Source: Rhodobiaceae bacterium (GTDB taxonomy: Bacteria; Pseudomonadota; Alphaproteobacteria; Rhizobiales; JANQQB01). From it: DNA of 64,000 nt. The notes below the pieces were generated by a model. The model ran no database searches, had not been told where the DNA came from, and saw only the letters and a program-made list of their open reading frames with translations. Numbering within the stretch: position 1 is the stretch's first letter; each line of letters opens with the position of its first letter. Both the position numbers and the translations under genes were made by a program. Shown here piece by piece: positions 39,515 through 49,829 of the stretch. Location: NCBI GenBank assembly GCA_028285165.1, contig JANQQB010000278.1:394-64393 (forward strand). Direction: 5' to 3'.

Positions 39515-40156
39515 CTAGCTCTCGGCTTCGGGCTCTTCGCCTTCCGGTGCCTCTTCGCCTTCCTCGTCTTCTTCGGCGGTGTCCGAATAGCCGGCCGGCG
39601 AAGCGATCGTCGCAATCGTGAAGTCGCGATCGCGGATCGTCGGTTCAACGCCCTCGGGCAGAGTCACCGCCGAGATGTGGGCGGAATCGCCGATGTTCAT
39701 CTCGCCGAGATCAACCTCGATGCTGTCGGGAATCGAATCCGCGCGACAGACAACTTCGACCGTGTACCGGACGATGTTGAGGGCACCGCCGGCCTTCAGG
39801 CCCGGGCAGGTATCCTCGTTGAGGAAGTTGACCGGAATGTCGACGGTCACGGTCGTATTGCGGCTGACGCGCAGGAAATCGACATGTTCCAGAAAGTCGC
39901 GGACCGGATCGAGCTGGTAATCCTTCGGGATCACCCGGTGCTTCTCGCCATCCACGTCCAGTGTCATGATCGAGGTCAGGAAACCACCCGCATGCAGGCG
40001 CATGAAGGCTTCCTTGTAGGGGATTGCGATAGGTAGCGGCGGTTTCTTGTCACCGTAGATCACCGCGGGAACCTTGCCTTCACGGCGCAATGCCCGGGCG
40101 GACCCCTTTCCCACCCGTTCGCGCACAGAGGCAGTGAGCTCAGCGCTTTCGCTCAT
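39515..40156 (-). CDS. rplY: 50S ribosomal protein L25/general stress protein Ctc
   Basis: [29 protein letters not shown], acidic tail. Confidence 0.97.
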   Translation of the reverse strand: MSESAELTASVRERVGKGSARALRREGKVPAVIYGDKKPPLPIAIPYKEAFMRLHAGGFLTSIMTLDVDGEKHRVIPKDYQLDPVRDFLEHVDFLRVSRNTTVTVDIPVNFLNEDTCPGLKAGGALNIVRYTVEVVCRADSIPDSIEVDLGEMNIGDSAHISAVTLPEGVEPTIRDRDFTIATIASPAGYSDTAEEDEEGEEAPEGEEPEAES

Positions 40157-40187
40157 CAGATTTGCTCCAAATGTCGTGGTTTGTCTT

Positions 40188-40239
40188 GGGCCTTTGCCGG
40201 CCCGGACGTGCGGTTTCCTCCAGGGGGGTACTCCGCACG
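40188..40239 (-). promoter_or_regulatory. Structured 5' leader of rplY
   Basis: Two hairpins (CGTGCGG/CCGCACG and GGGCC/GGCCC) just upstream of the RBS. Confidence 0.4.
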
Positions 40240-40368
40240 CCGTGGCTTATAGGCGAGCAAACGGTCCAGCGCAAGCCGTCAACGCGCTCTACCGCCCGTC
40301 CGGCTTGCCCGGCCGTGCCGGACGCTCAGTCTCACAAACATTTCGCGCCGGGGCAGCAACCCTGGCGG

Positions 40369-40869
40369 TCAGGCATGCCCCGCTGTTTCAAACAGCACGC
40401 TTTCCAGCGCTTCGCTCGCGGACTTGCCGGCCCAGACGACAAATTGGAACGCCTGGTAGTACCGGTCGCAGGCGTCGATCGCGTTGCCCAACAGGCCTTC
40501 GATCTGCTGGGTCGTAACCTCCGCGCCGCCGGCCAGGAACAGCGCCTCGCGGAATATCACCACGCCTTCGTCGCTCCACAGATCGAAATGTCCGAGCCAC
40601 ATCTGTTCGTTGACCCGCGCCAGAAGGCGCGTGACTTCGGTGCGTCTCGGCTCGGGAACCCGCAAATCGAAGGCGCAGGCCAGATGCAAGGCCTCCAATT
40701 CGTCCATCCATGAAAACGATACATGATAATCGCACCATGTGCCGGCGCAGGACACCGTGATCTCGTCGTCTCCGGACCGTTCGAACGACCAGTCGCGAAT
40801 GCCGGCGACATCTTCAATCATGTCGACCGGATTCATGTCGCGTTCTAGGGTGATTTCAAGGAGGCTCAT
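40369..40869 (-). CDS. YbjN-domain protein
   Basis: NPVDMIE, WSFER, LHLACAFD, NEQMWLGHFDLW, FQFVVWAG; start at ATG 40869. Confidence 0.88.
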   Translation of the reverse strand: MSLLEITLERDMNPVDMIEDVAGIRDWSFERSGDDEITVSCAGTWCDYHVSFSWMDELEALHLACAFDLRVPEPRRTEVTRLLARVNEQMWLGHFDLWSDEGVVIFREALFLAGGAEVTTQQIEGLLGNAIDACDRYYQAFQFVVWAGKSASEALESVLFETAGHA

Positions 40870-41268
40870 GACCGGAACTCCGCGGTTCGTTGACATGCGC
40901 TCGGCCTCAAGGCCGTCGCGGGCGATAACGTCGGACACCCGAGAGCAACGCGGACTTGCGGGCCGTCACACGCTGCTCCGAACCTGTTCAATCGCTCTAT
41001 GGGCTCCACACTCAGTGCCGAACCCCAGTGATGCGCCCGGCGCGAACCGTGCGAATCACGCCTCTTTTACCGTCATACGACTTGCGGACCATGTCATTCG
41101 AATGACGCGGCTGTCGAATCAAACTCTTACGCTTAATATAAGGTGACCGGGTCGATATCGCCCATCACAATGTGTTTCGCTCAAGCGGCATTGTGGAGAA
41201 TGGTGCGGTGCCGCAAGCCAGAATCGGCTCGGACGGGCGCGAGATCTCTGTCGTCCGGTCCCGCGCGA

Positions 41269-41586
41269 TCAGGTGGCATCCGGCTTGGATTTGGCGGCCG
41301 GTTTGCTTCGGCTGCGCTTTGCCGGGGCCTCTGAAAGTTTCGCCACAAGTGCTTCGAGCTCGTCGATGCGGGCTTTCAGGTCGGCATTTTCGGAGCGGGC
41401 CTTCGATGCCAATTCCTTGACGGCCTCGAATTCCTCGCGCTGCACGATGTCCAATTCGGCCAGAAACCGTTCGGCCTGTGTGCGCACGACGGTTTCCACC
41501 TCGCGCTGCACACCCTGCGCGACGCCGGCGGCGTCGGTCATGAGTTTGGCGAATTCGTCCAGCAGGCGGTTGTTGGTATGGGTCAT
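41269..41586 (-). CDS. UbiK/BMFP-family accessory factor
   Basis: LDEFAKLMTDAAG, LDIVQREEFEAVK, C-terminal coiled coil. Confidence 0.9.
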   Translation of the reverse strand: MTHTNNRLLDEFAKLMTDAAGVAQGVQREVETVVRTQAERFLAELDIVQREEFEAVKELASKARSENADLKARIDELEALVAKLSEAPAKRSRSKPAAKSKPDAT

Positions 41587-41777
41587 GCGGGTCTCCCTGA
41601 CAGGACGCAGCGCAGGAAGCGCATTGCCCCTGCCGGACCTGACCTATCGTCTCCTCCGCTTATTTTCAACGGACAAGGCGCGCTCTGTTCAATATAACGC
41701 AGATCCGCCCATGCCGGTCGGTCCGGTGACCGACATGGTCCCCATCGCCAACCGGGCCGCCCCGGAGGATCTGCACC

Positions 41778-42605
41778 GTGATGCCTTTCGCCATTCCGTT
41801 TCCGGCCATCGATCCGGTGCTGCTGCAGATCGGCCCGTTTGCCATCCGCTGGTATGCGCTGGCCTATGTCGCCGGGCTGCTGATCGGATGGCGGTATGCC
41901 GTTGCGCTTGTCAGGCAGGATCGGCTCTGGGGCGCGGTCCCGCGGCCGACGCCGGTGCAGATGGACGATTTTCTGTTATGGGCAACGCTGGGCGTCGTGC
42001 TGGGCGGGCGTCTGGGATACGTGCTGTTTTACGATCCCGCCCAATACATCGCCGATCCGCTGGCCGTGCTCTTCGTCTGGCAAGGCGGCATGGCCTTTCA
42101 CGGCGGTTTTCTTGGCGTGACCGTGGCCATGATCCTGTTCGCGCGCAACCAGCCGTTTTCCCTCTTCAGCCTTACCGATGTGGTGTCGGCGGTCGTGCCG
42201 ATCGGCATTTTCTTCGGCCGTGTCGCGAATTTCATCAATGCCGAATTGTACGGGCGGACGACCGACATGCCCTGGGGCATCGTGTTTCCCGGAGCGGGAC
42301 CCGACCCCCGGCACCCGAGCCAGCTTTATGAGGCGGCGCTGGAAGGCGCTTTGCTGTTTGCGGTCCTCATCTGGCTCATCTACCGGCACACTGCGTTCCA
42401 GACACCCGGGCGGGTGACCGGCGTGTTCGTTGCCGGATACGGATTGGCGCGCTTGGTATCGGAAATATTCAGGATGCCGGACGCACATATCGGATTTCTG
42501 TTCGGCGGTGTGACGATGGGCATGATCCTTTCGTTGCCCATGGTCATTGCCGGGATCGGGATCCTGATCTGGTCGGCGCGTCGGCCGGCCGAAATGACGC
42601 GATGA
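41778..42605 (+). CDS. lgt: Prolipoprotein diacylglyceryl transferase
   Basis: IRWYALAY, GGRLGYVLFY, GGMAFHGG, GRVANFINAEL, HPSQLYE motifs. Confidence 0.97.
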   Translation: MMPFAIPFPAIDPVLLQIGPFAIRWYALAYVAGLLIGWRYAVALVRQDRLWGAVPRPTPVQMDDFLLWATLGVVLGGRLGYVLFYDPAQYIADPLAVLFVWQGGMAFHGGFLGVTVAMILFARNQPFSLFSLTDVVSAVVPIGIFFGRVANFINAELYGRTTDMPWGIVFPGAGPDPRHPSQLYEAALEGALLFAVLIWLIYRHTAFQTPGRVTGVFVAGYGLARLVSEIFRMPDAHIGFLFGGVTMGMILSLPMVIAGIGILIWSARRPAEMTR

Positions 42606-43747
42606 CGGTTCGGACCGATACGGATTCGCCGGCGCTCGACCGGTTGCGGACACTGATCCGCCAAAACGGACCGATCAGCGTTGCCGATTACATGGCCTTC
42701 TGCCTCGGTGACAGAACCCATGGCTATTACCCGACGCGGGATCCGCTCGGTGCGTCCGGCGATTTCATCACCGCGCCGGAAGTCAGCCAGATGTTCGGGG
42801 AACTGGTCGGGACCTGGCTGCGCGCGTTGTGGGCATCGTGGAATGTCAGCGGACCGCTCCGCCTGGTCGAACTCGGTCCCGGACGCGGCACGCTCATGCA
42901 GGATGTCGTGCGTGTCCTTGCGCGGGACGGCGACCGTTTCGCCGAGCTCAGTGTGCACCTTGTCGAAACCAGTCCGGTCCTGCGGCAGAACCAGAAAGAC
43001 GCGTTGGCCGATGCTATCGCGCGCGGTCTCTCCGTGCGCTGGCACGACAGCCTCGATGACGTGCCCGACGGGCCAGTCCAATTCATCGGCAATGAATTCT
43101 TCGACGCCTTGCCGGTCCGGCAATTTGTCTTCGGCGCATCGGGGTGGGCCGAACGGGTGATTGGGCTCGACGGCGATTCGCTTGCCTTCGGATTGCGGCC
43201 GGCCGGTCTTGACCATACGGCCGCGCCGCCCGGATTACCGCCGCCGGTTCCGGGAGACATTCTTGAAATCTCGCCGGCCCGCGAGGCCCTGGCACAGGAT
43301 GTCGGCCGCCGGATCGCCGCCAGCGGCGGAGCGGGGCTGTTCTTCGATTACGGATCGGCGCCCTGGGGATATGGCGATACCCTGCAGGCCGTGCAAAGGC
43401 ACGCCTACGTGGATGTCCTTGCCGAGCCGGGAGAGGCCGATCTGACCACTCACGTGGATTTTTCGGCGCTCGCCCGCGCGTTTGCCAGGGGTGGCACGAC
43501 CTGTCCGCCTGTCCTGACCCAGGCGGATTTTCTGCTCGCCATGGGCCTGTTGGAACGTGCCGGACAATTGGGGCACGGAGCGGATGCGGCAACGCAGGAC
43601 ATGATCCGCGATGCTGTCGAAAGACTTGCCGGTCCCGCGCAAATGGGTCATGTATTCAAGGCGATCTGCGTCACTGACCGCGAACCCGGACCCTACCCGT
43701 TCGACGGGAAAACTGTTAGGAAAAGCGATGGTCAGCCCTCTGGTTAG
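42602..43747 (+). CDS. MidA/NDUFAF7-family SAM-dependent methyltransferase
   Basis: GDFITAPEVSQMFGE, ELGPGRGTL, NEFFDALP, DLTTHVDF motifs. Confidence 0.93.
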   Translation: MTVRTDTDSPALDRLRTLIRQNGPISVADYMAFCLGDRTHGYYPTRDPLGASGDFITAPEVSQMFGELVGTWLRALWASWNVSGPLRLVELGPGRGTLMQDVVRVLARDGDRFAELSVHLVETSPVLRQNQKDALADAIARGLSVRWHDSLDDVPDGPVQFIGNEFFDALPVRQFVFGASGWAERVIGLDGDSLAFGLRPAGLDHTAAPPGLPPPVPGDILEISPAREALAQDVGRRIAASGGAGLFFDYGSAPWGYGDTLQAVQRHAYVDVLAEPGEADLTTHVDFSALARAFARGGTTCPPVLTQADFLLAMGLLERAGQLGHGADAATQDMIRDAVERLAGPAQMGHVFKAICVTDREPGPYPFDGKTVRKSDGQPSG

Positions 43748-44498
43748 CGACGCGTTTTCTGATTTCGGCGGAACGCACGGTTATTTTACCCGTCAGGGTG
43801 GCGTGTCCGGCGGTGTCTATGACAGCCTCAACATCGGACTGGGATCGGATGATGCGCGCGCCGCGGTTTTGCAAAACCGGGGGCGTGTCGCGGCTGCGAT
43901 GGGCGTCGATGCGGAAAGCCTGGTGCTGCCCTATCAGGTGCACAGCGCCGCTGCCGTGATGGCGTATCCGCAAGGGGCTGCGGACCGGGCGAAGGCGGAT
44001 GCAGTGGTCACCAGGACCCCCGGCGTGGCTGTGGGCGTGTCGACGGCCGATTGCGGTCCCGTCCTGTTCGCCGACGCGACAAACCGCGTCGTCGCCGCAG
44101 CCCATGCCGGATGGCGTGGCGCTCTGACCGGTATCCTGGAAGCGACGCTCGACCTCATGGAAGAACAGGGGGGAGAGCGCGGCTGCACGGTCGCGGTGCT
44201 CGGCCCCACGATTTCGGGCAGCAATTACGAGGTCGGTCCCGAATTCGTCGATCGTTTCGTCGATGCCGATCCGGACAATGCGGGTTACTTCACACCGTCC
44301 GAACGGGCGGAACACGCCTATTTCGATCTGCCGGCCTACATCGTGGCCCGTCTCAAGGCGGCCGGTATCGGTAAGGCGCACGATATCGGCGTGTGCACCT
44401 ATGCCGATGAAGACCGGTTTTTCTCGTACAGGCGATCGGTACATCGAGGCGAACCGGATTACGGCCGGCTGGTGTCGGCGATTGCGCTCAGACCATAG
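43728..44498 (+). CDS. pgeF: Peptidoglycan editing factor / YfiH-family purine nucleoside enzyme
   Basis: FTRQGGVS, QVHS, TADCGPV, HAGWRG, FFSYRR; start at ATG 43728. Confidence 0.92.
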   Translation: MVSPLVSDAFSDFGGTHGYFTRQGGVSGGVYDSLNIGLGSDDARAAVLQNRGRVAAAMGVDAESLVLPYQVHSAAAVMAYPQGAADRAKADAVVTRTPGVAVGVSTADCGPVLFADATNRVVAAAHAGWRGALTGILEATLDLMEEQGGERGCTVAVLGPTISGSNYEVGPEFVDRFVDADPDNAGYFTPSERAEHAYFDLPAYIVARLKAAGIGKAHDIGVCTYADEDRFFSYRRSVHRGEPDYGRLVSAIALRP

Positions 44499-44508
44499 GA
44501 ACGGCACC

Positions 44509-45660
44509 ATGGCGCTGCATTTTGACGAACGGGAATTCGCGGCGCGCAAGGAACGCGTGCTGGCGGAGATGGGCGAACGCAAGCTCGATGCGCTCCTGAT
44601 GTTTGCCCAGGAGAGCATGTACTGGCTGACCGGCTACGACACGTTCGGGTTCTGTTTCTTCCAATGCCTGATTCTGCAATCCGACGGCACGACCAGCCTG
44701 TTGACCCGGTCAGCGGACCTTCGGCAGGCCCGTCATACCTCGACGGTGGAAGATATCCATGTCTGGGTCGACCGCCGCGATGCCGGACCGCAACAGCAAT
44801 TGCGGGATCTGCTCTATGATCTCGGCCTGCTCGGCACCCGGATCGGTCTGGAATACGATACACAGGGTCTGACCGCGGCCAACGGTAAGAAACTCGACGA
44901 GATCCTGTCCGACTTCGCGGAACTCTTCGACGCTTCCGATCTCGTTCACCATTTGCGGCTGGTCAAGAGCGACGCCGAACTGGCCTATGTGCGCAAGGCG
45001 GCCGAACTCAACGATGCGGCGTTTCAAGCCGCTCTCGACACGGCCGGCCCGGGCGTTGACGAGGGTCGGATCCTGGCGGCCATGCACAACGAGATCTTCG
45101 CCGGCGGTGGCGACTATCCGGCAAACGAATTCATCATCGGATCGGCCGAAGACGCCCTTTTGTGCCGCTACAAATCCGGTCGCCGGCAGCTTTCTGAGCA
45201 GGACCAGCTGACGCTCGAGTTTGCCGGGACCTATCGTCACTATCATGTCGCCGGCATGCGCACGATCGCCATCGGCGCGCCGACGGAGCGGCATCTGGCC
45301 CTGCATGATGCCGCGCAGGCCGCGTTGGCAGCCTGCGAAGCGGTCATGCGGCCGGGACATACTTTCGGCGATGTGTTCGAAGCCCACGCCCAGGCATTCG
45401 ACGACCGGGGACTGCACCAGCACCGGCTGAATGCCTGCGGCTACTCGCTCGGAGCGCGGTTTACGCCGTGCTGGATGGACTGGGCGATGTTCTATCGCGA
45501 CAATCCCGTTGAAATCCTGCCCAACATGGTGCTGTTCGCGCACATGATCCTGGCAGACAGCGACACCGGCACGGCCATGACGCTCGGCCGAAGCTACCTG
45601 ACCGGTGAAGACGCGCCCGAACCCCTGACGCGTTTCGGCCTGGAACTGTTCACCCGGTGA
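44509..45660 (+). CDS. M24-family (Xaa-Pro peptidase/creatinase/ectoine hydrolase-like) protein
   Basis: MYWLTGYD, RLVKSDAE, GGDYPA, GYSLG; start at ATG 44509. Confidence 0.85.
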   Translation: MALHFDEREFAARKERVLAEMGERKLDALLMFAQESMYWLTGYDTFGFCFFQCLILQSDGTTSLLTRSADLRQARHTSTVEDIHVWVDRRDAGPQQQLRDLLYDLGLLGTRIGLEYDTQGLTAANGKKLDEILSDFAELFDASDLVHHLRLVKSDAELAYVRKAAELNDAAFQAALDTAGPGVDEGRILAAMHNEIFAGGGDYPANEFIIGSAEDALLCRYKSGRRQLSEQDQLTLEFAGTYRHYHVAGMRTIAIGAPTERHLALHDAAQAALAACEAVMRPGHTFGDVFEAHAQAFDDRGLHQHRLNACGYSLGARFTPCWMDWAMFYRDNPVEILPNMVLFAHMILADSDTGTAMTLGRSYLTGEDAPEPLTRFGLELFTR

Positions 45661-45791
45661 TGGCGGGAAGCAGGCGGGCGTTGTCCGTGCGACTGGATTT
45701 CTTGCTTTGGCGGCGCTAAACAGGCGAGAGCCGACAGCGGATCGCGAGCGCGCTTGCGTGCCGATTCGCTTTGGGGGCAGGGCAGCGGCGC

Positions 45792-46310
45792 ATGGGGATG
45801 CAAGTGGATCTGACGGTGAAGGCAATCACGGGCGGGCTTCTGGCCATGCTGCTCGGACTGCTCACGGCCTGTGCCGACGCGCCGGGCACATTGGCGGGCG
45901 GCGACCTGACCAGTCAGTCCCTCACGGGCACAGCCGAACGCGCACCTGAGGAAACGGCATTCGCCTTTGAACCGTTCGACGGCATTCCGGTGAATATCGG
46001 CGATGCCCTGTTGCGCGAGCTTGGATCGACAGCGGAGCAATACCGGATCCGCGTGGTACCGCGCTCGAGAGACACCGCGACCTATCGGGTCCGCGGATAT
46101 CTGCTGGCCTCGTCGGACGATTCAGCCAGCATCATTTCCTACGTCTACGACATCTATGATCGGGACGGCAGACGGGTGCATCGCATTTCCGGGCGCGAGC
46201 TGGGATCCGCGTCGCCCGGCGACCCGTGGTCCGGCGTGGCGGACGGAACCGTGCAGCAAATCGCCATCCAGTCGCTGATCGCTCTGCGCGACTGGCTCTA
46301 TGCGCGTTAG
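45792..46310 (+). CDS. Hypothetical lipoprotein
   Basis: Hydrophobic signal with lipobox LTAC; YRVRGYL, YVYDIYD, RVHRISG, DPW; start uncertain. Confidence 0.7.
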   Translation: MGMQVDLTVKAITGGLLAMLLGLLTACADAPGTLAGGDLTSQSLTGTAERAPEETAFAFEPFDGIPVNIGDALLRELGSTAEQYRIRVVPRSRDTATYRVRGYLLASSDDSASIISYVYDIYDRDGRRVHRISGRELGSASPGDPWSGVADGTVQQIAIQSLIALRDWLYAR

Positions 46311-46483
46311 CACCGTGGTACCGATCGTTTCGGGATCCGCTCGATCGCCGTTCGGCCAGTCCTCGACACGAACGGTCTCTATAAGGTTGTTCTTCCAGAC
46401 CGGCATTGCTAAAAGGCGGGCGCACTTGCTGGTCGCTGCCACACCCCACCGGATCAAGCCGTAAGAGCCATCGGGACCAATAC

Positions 46484-47416
46484 ATGAAACTTGTCGCGGG
46501 CAACTCGAACCGTTCGCTTGCCGCTTCTATTGCCGGCTATCTCGAGACTTCGCTGGCCGAGTGTCTGGTTCGCCGTTTCGCCGACCAGGAAATCTTCGTC
46601 GAATTGCAGGAAAACGTGCGCGGCGAAGACGTCTTCATCATCCAGTCGACGAGTTACCCGGCGAACGATCACCTGATGGAATTGCTGATCATCGCGGACG
46701 CCCTCCGGCGCTCCTCGGCACGCCGCATCACTGCGGTTCTGCCGTATTTCGGCTATGCCCGCCAGGACCGCCGTTCGGCGGGCCGGACGCCGATTTCGGC
46801 CAAACTGGTTGCTAATCTGATCACGCGATCGGGGGCCGACCGGGTGCTGACGATGGATCTGCATGCGGGTCAGATCCAGGGCTTCTTCGACATTCCGACC
46901 GACAATCTGTTTGCCGCTCCGGTCATGACCCGGGACATCAAGGAACGCTACGACCTGGACAACATCATGGTCGTTTCTCCCGATGTCGGCGGTGTGGTGC
47001 GCGCCAGGGCAGTCGCCAAACGGCTGGGCGCACCGCTGGCCATCGTCGACAAACGGCGGGACCGGCCGGGCGAGTCCGAGGTCATGAACATTATCGGATC
47101 GGTCGAAGGGCGGCATTGCATCCTGTTCGACGACATCGTCGATTCCGGCGGCACGTTGTGCAATGCGGCCGACGCGCTGCTCGAAATGGGGGCGGTTTCC
47201 GTTGCCGCCTACATCACGCATGGGGTCTTGTCGGGCGGTGCCGTAGCACGGATCAGTTCCTCGCAACTGAAGGAATTGGTGATCTCCGATTCCATCGAGG
47301 CGACCCATGCGGTCGCTGGCGCGCAGAACATCCGCACACTCTCGGTCGCACCGTTGCTCGGCGAGGCGATCAACCGGACCGCGCTGGAGAAATCGGTGTC
47401 GAGCCTGTTCGACTGA
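46484..47416 (+). CDS. prs: Ribose-phosphate pyrophosphokinase
   Basis: [42 protein letters not shown] motifs. Confidence 0.98.
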   Translation: MKLVAGNSNRSLAASIAGYLETSLAECLVRRFADQEIFVELQENVRGEDVFIIQSTSYPANDHLMELLIIADALRRSSARRITAVLPYFGYARQDRRSAGRTPISAKLVANLITRSGADRVLTMDLHAGQIQGFFDIPTDNLFAAPVMTRDIKERYDLDNIMVVSPDVGGVVRARAVAKRLGAPLAIVDKRRDRPGESEVMNIIGSVEGRHCILFDDIVDSGGTLCNAADALLEMGAVSVAAYITHGVLSGGAVARISSSQLKELVISDSIEATHAVAGAQNIRTLSVAPLLGEAINRTALEKSVSSLFD

Positions 47417-47605
47417 GGCACGCCCTTTGTCGAGCGGACGTCGTTGGGCACCAGAAGCGCTTGTTCCGGTTACGCCTTGTTAATCCTGACCATACGCGGC
47501 GACCCGTCGCCTGGATTGTCTGGGTCTCACTCCCATTTTATAGGAAGAGCGGGGCGCACTTTCATGCGCACGCCGCTGACAGGCACTTGAGCAAGGATAG
47601 AGGCC

Positions 47606-48268
47606 ATGGCCACGGAAAAGACCCGGCAAAAGATCATCGACGCTTTCATGGACCTGGTCGCCTCGGAACCCTGGGACGCGGTCACCATGCCCGCAGTCGC
47701 AAAGGCGGCGTCGGTCAAGCTGGATGTGCTGCGAGCGGCTTACGATTCGCGCCTGTCGATCCTTGAGGATTTTGCGCGTCGGACCGACGTCGCTGTCCTG
47801 CGGAATCTCGATCCGAACCTTGAAGAGGAAAAGATCCGTGACCGGTTCTTCGAGGTGCTGATGGAACGGTTCGAAGTGCTGGCACCACACAAACCCGCGC
47901 TGAAGGCGCTGTCGCGCCAGGCACGACGCGATCCGGTTCTGGGGCTGGTGCTCCTGCGGACCGTGTTCCAGTCGCAGTCCTGGATGGTCATGGCGGTCGG
48001 GCTTGGATCGGAAGGCCTTGAGGGTGCGGTGCGCACCCAGGCGGTCACCATGGCCTATCTGGAGACCATGCGCGTCTGGCTGGACGATGACGAACCTGGC
48101 CTTGCCAAGACGATGGCAGCGATGGACAAGGCGCTGCGCACCGCCGAGCGCCGTCTGAAACGGCTGGCCGGTATCGGCAGGATCTTCATGCCCGGTCGGT
48201 TCCGTTCTTCCGGTCGTGCAGAACCGGCGGACGATCGGGACGATGGCGCGGCTGCGGCGGCAACCTGA
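47606..48268 (+). CDS. TetR/AcrR-family transcriptional regulator
   Basis: N-terminal HTH, RDRFFEVLMERFE, WLDDDEPGLAKTMAAMD. Confidence 0.82.
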   Translation: MATEKTRQKIIDAFMDLVASEPWDAVTMPAVAKAASVKLDVLRAAYDSRLSILEDFARRTDVAVLRNLDPNLEEEKIRDRFFEVLMERFEVLAPHKPALKALSRQARRDPVLGLVLLRTVFQSQSWMVMAVGLGSEGLEGAVRTQAVTMAYLETMRVWLDDDEPGLAKTMAAMDKALRTAERRLKRLAGIGRIFMPGRFRSSGRAEPADDRDDGAAAAAT

Positions 48269-48364
48269 TCCCGACGGATTGCGTCTCACCTCTTCTTGCG
48301 GCACATCTGGGCGACGCTGGCCATTCCTGGCCTGTGCGACAGACGATGAGCAGAGGGGACCCGC

Positions 48365-48718
48365 ATGGGCACTGACCGTCCCGGACCGATCGACTTTTCC
48401 GATTTTCTGGCCGTCGATATCCGCGTCGGCACCGTGATCGACGTACAGCCGTTTCCGGAAGCCCGCAAACCGGCCCTGAAACTCTTCATCGATTTCGGCG
48501 AGGAGATCGGCGTGAAAAAGACGTCGGCCCAGATCACCCGCCACTATCGCTCAGAAACGCTGATCGGTACGCAGGTGCTGGCCGTGGTGAACTTCCCGCC
48601 GCGCCAGATCGGCAAATTCATGTCCGAGGTCCTGACGCTCGGTTTTCCGGACGCCAACGGCGAGATTGTGCTCGCCGGTGTCGAGCGGCCGGTCCCGAAC
48701 GGCGGGCGGATGCACTAG
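48365..48718 (+). CDS. csaA: CsaA-family tRNA-binding/export chaperone
   Basis: DIRVGTV, FPEARKPA, SAQIT, VNFPPRQIG, SEVLTLG motifs. Confidence 0.9.
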   Translation: MGTDRPGPIDFSDFLAVDIRVGTVIDVQPFPEARKPALKLFIDFGEEIGVKKTSAQITRHYRSETLIGTQVLAVVNFPPRQIGKFMSEVLTLGFPDANGEIVLAGVERPVPNGGRMH

Positions 48719-48736
48719 CATTTTGTCCTGGACAGG

Positions 48737-49789
48737 ATGATGACGGGCAATTCCTTACGCATCGCCGTTGTCGGTGCCGGCCTTGTCGGCCGCCGCCATC
48801 TGGAAGCGATTGCGGGGGCCGGTCAGCGGGTCGGTGCCGTCGTCGATCCGGACGAACGATCGCAGGCCCTTGCGGAACGCTTCCAGGCACCCAGGTTCAC
48901 CTCCCTGTCGCAGATGATCGATGCCGGGGTCGCGGACGGGGTTGTCATTGCGACACCCAATCAGGCGCATGTGCCGAACGGTCTGGACTGCGTTGCCGCC
49001 GGATTGCCCATCCTCGTTGAAAAGCCGCTGGCGACGGATGTCGCGGACGGGGCCCGGCTGGTGGAAGCGGCAGAGAATGCGGGTGTGGCCGTCCTGGTGG
49101 GGCATCATCGCCGGCACAATCCGCTGATCCGAAAGGCCAGGGAAGAAATCGAGGCGGGCGCGCTCGGTCGGTTGATCGCCGTGCACGGCATGTTCTGGCT
49201 GGTCAAACCGGACGATTATTTCGAGGCGGCGTGGCGTCGGGAGGAGGGGGCCGGTCCCATTTTCATCAACCTGATCCACGACGTCGACCTGCTGCGGCAC
49301 CTGTGCGGCGATATCGTCTCCGTGCAGGCCCTTGAAGCACATGCGGCGCGCGGCTTTGCGGTGGAGGATACCGCCGCAATCCTGTTGCGTTTTGCGAATG
49401 GAGCGCTCGGTACGTTTTCGGTCTCCGACGCGATCCCGGCGCCGTGGAGCTGGGAATTGACGGCGCGGGAAAACCCGGCCTATCCGGCGAGCGGCCAATC
49501 CTGTTACATGATCGGCGGATCGAACGGGGCGATGGAGGTGCCGAGCCTCAGGATCTGGAGTCACGCAGGCGCAAAGAGCTGGTGGGCACCGATCGCGAAC
49601 CGGACGCCGCCCGTCGGGCAGGACGATCCGCTGGTCGCCCAGATCCGACAGTTCGCCGCCGTCATCCGGGGCGAGGAGGATCCGCTCGTATCCGGACGGG
49701 ACGGTCTGCAGGCCATCCGGATCGTGGAAGCCGTCAAACGGTCGGCGCGAACGGGAGACAGTGTGGCCTGCGCGTCCGTCAAGGCATGA
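48737..49789 (+). CDS. Gfo/Idh/MocA oxidoreductase
   Basis: GAGLVG, ATPN..H, VEKP, GHHRRHNP, NLIHDVD motifs. Confidence 0.92.
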   Translation: MMTGNSLRIAVVGAGLVGRRHLEAIAGAGQRVGAVVDPDERSQALAERFQAPRFTSLSQMIDAGVADGVVIATPNQAHVPNGLDCVAAGLPILVEKPLATDVADGARLVEAAENAGVAVLVGHHRRHNPLIRKAREEIEAGALGRLIAVHGMFWLVKPDDYFEAAWRREEGAGPIFINLIHDVDLLRHLCGDIVSVQALEAHAARGFAVEDTAAILLRFANGALGTFSVSDAIPAPWSWELTARENPAYPASGQSCYMIGGSNGAMEVPSLRIWSHAGAKSWWAPIANRTPPVGQDDPLVAQIRQFAAVIRGEEDPLVSGRDGLQAIRIVEAVKRSARTGDSVACASVKA

Positions 49790-49829
49790 AACCTGCCTTT
49801 CCGGTGCGCCGGACCGTGACCGAGGCCGC

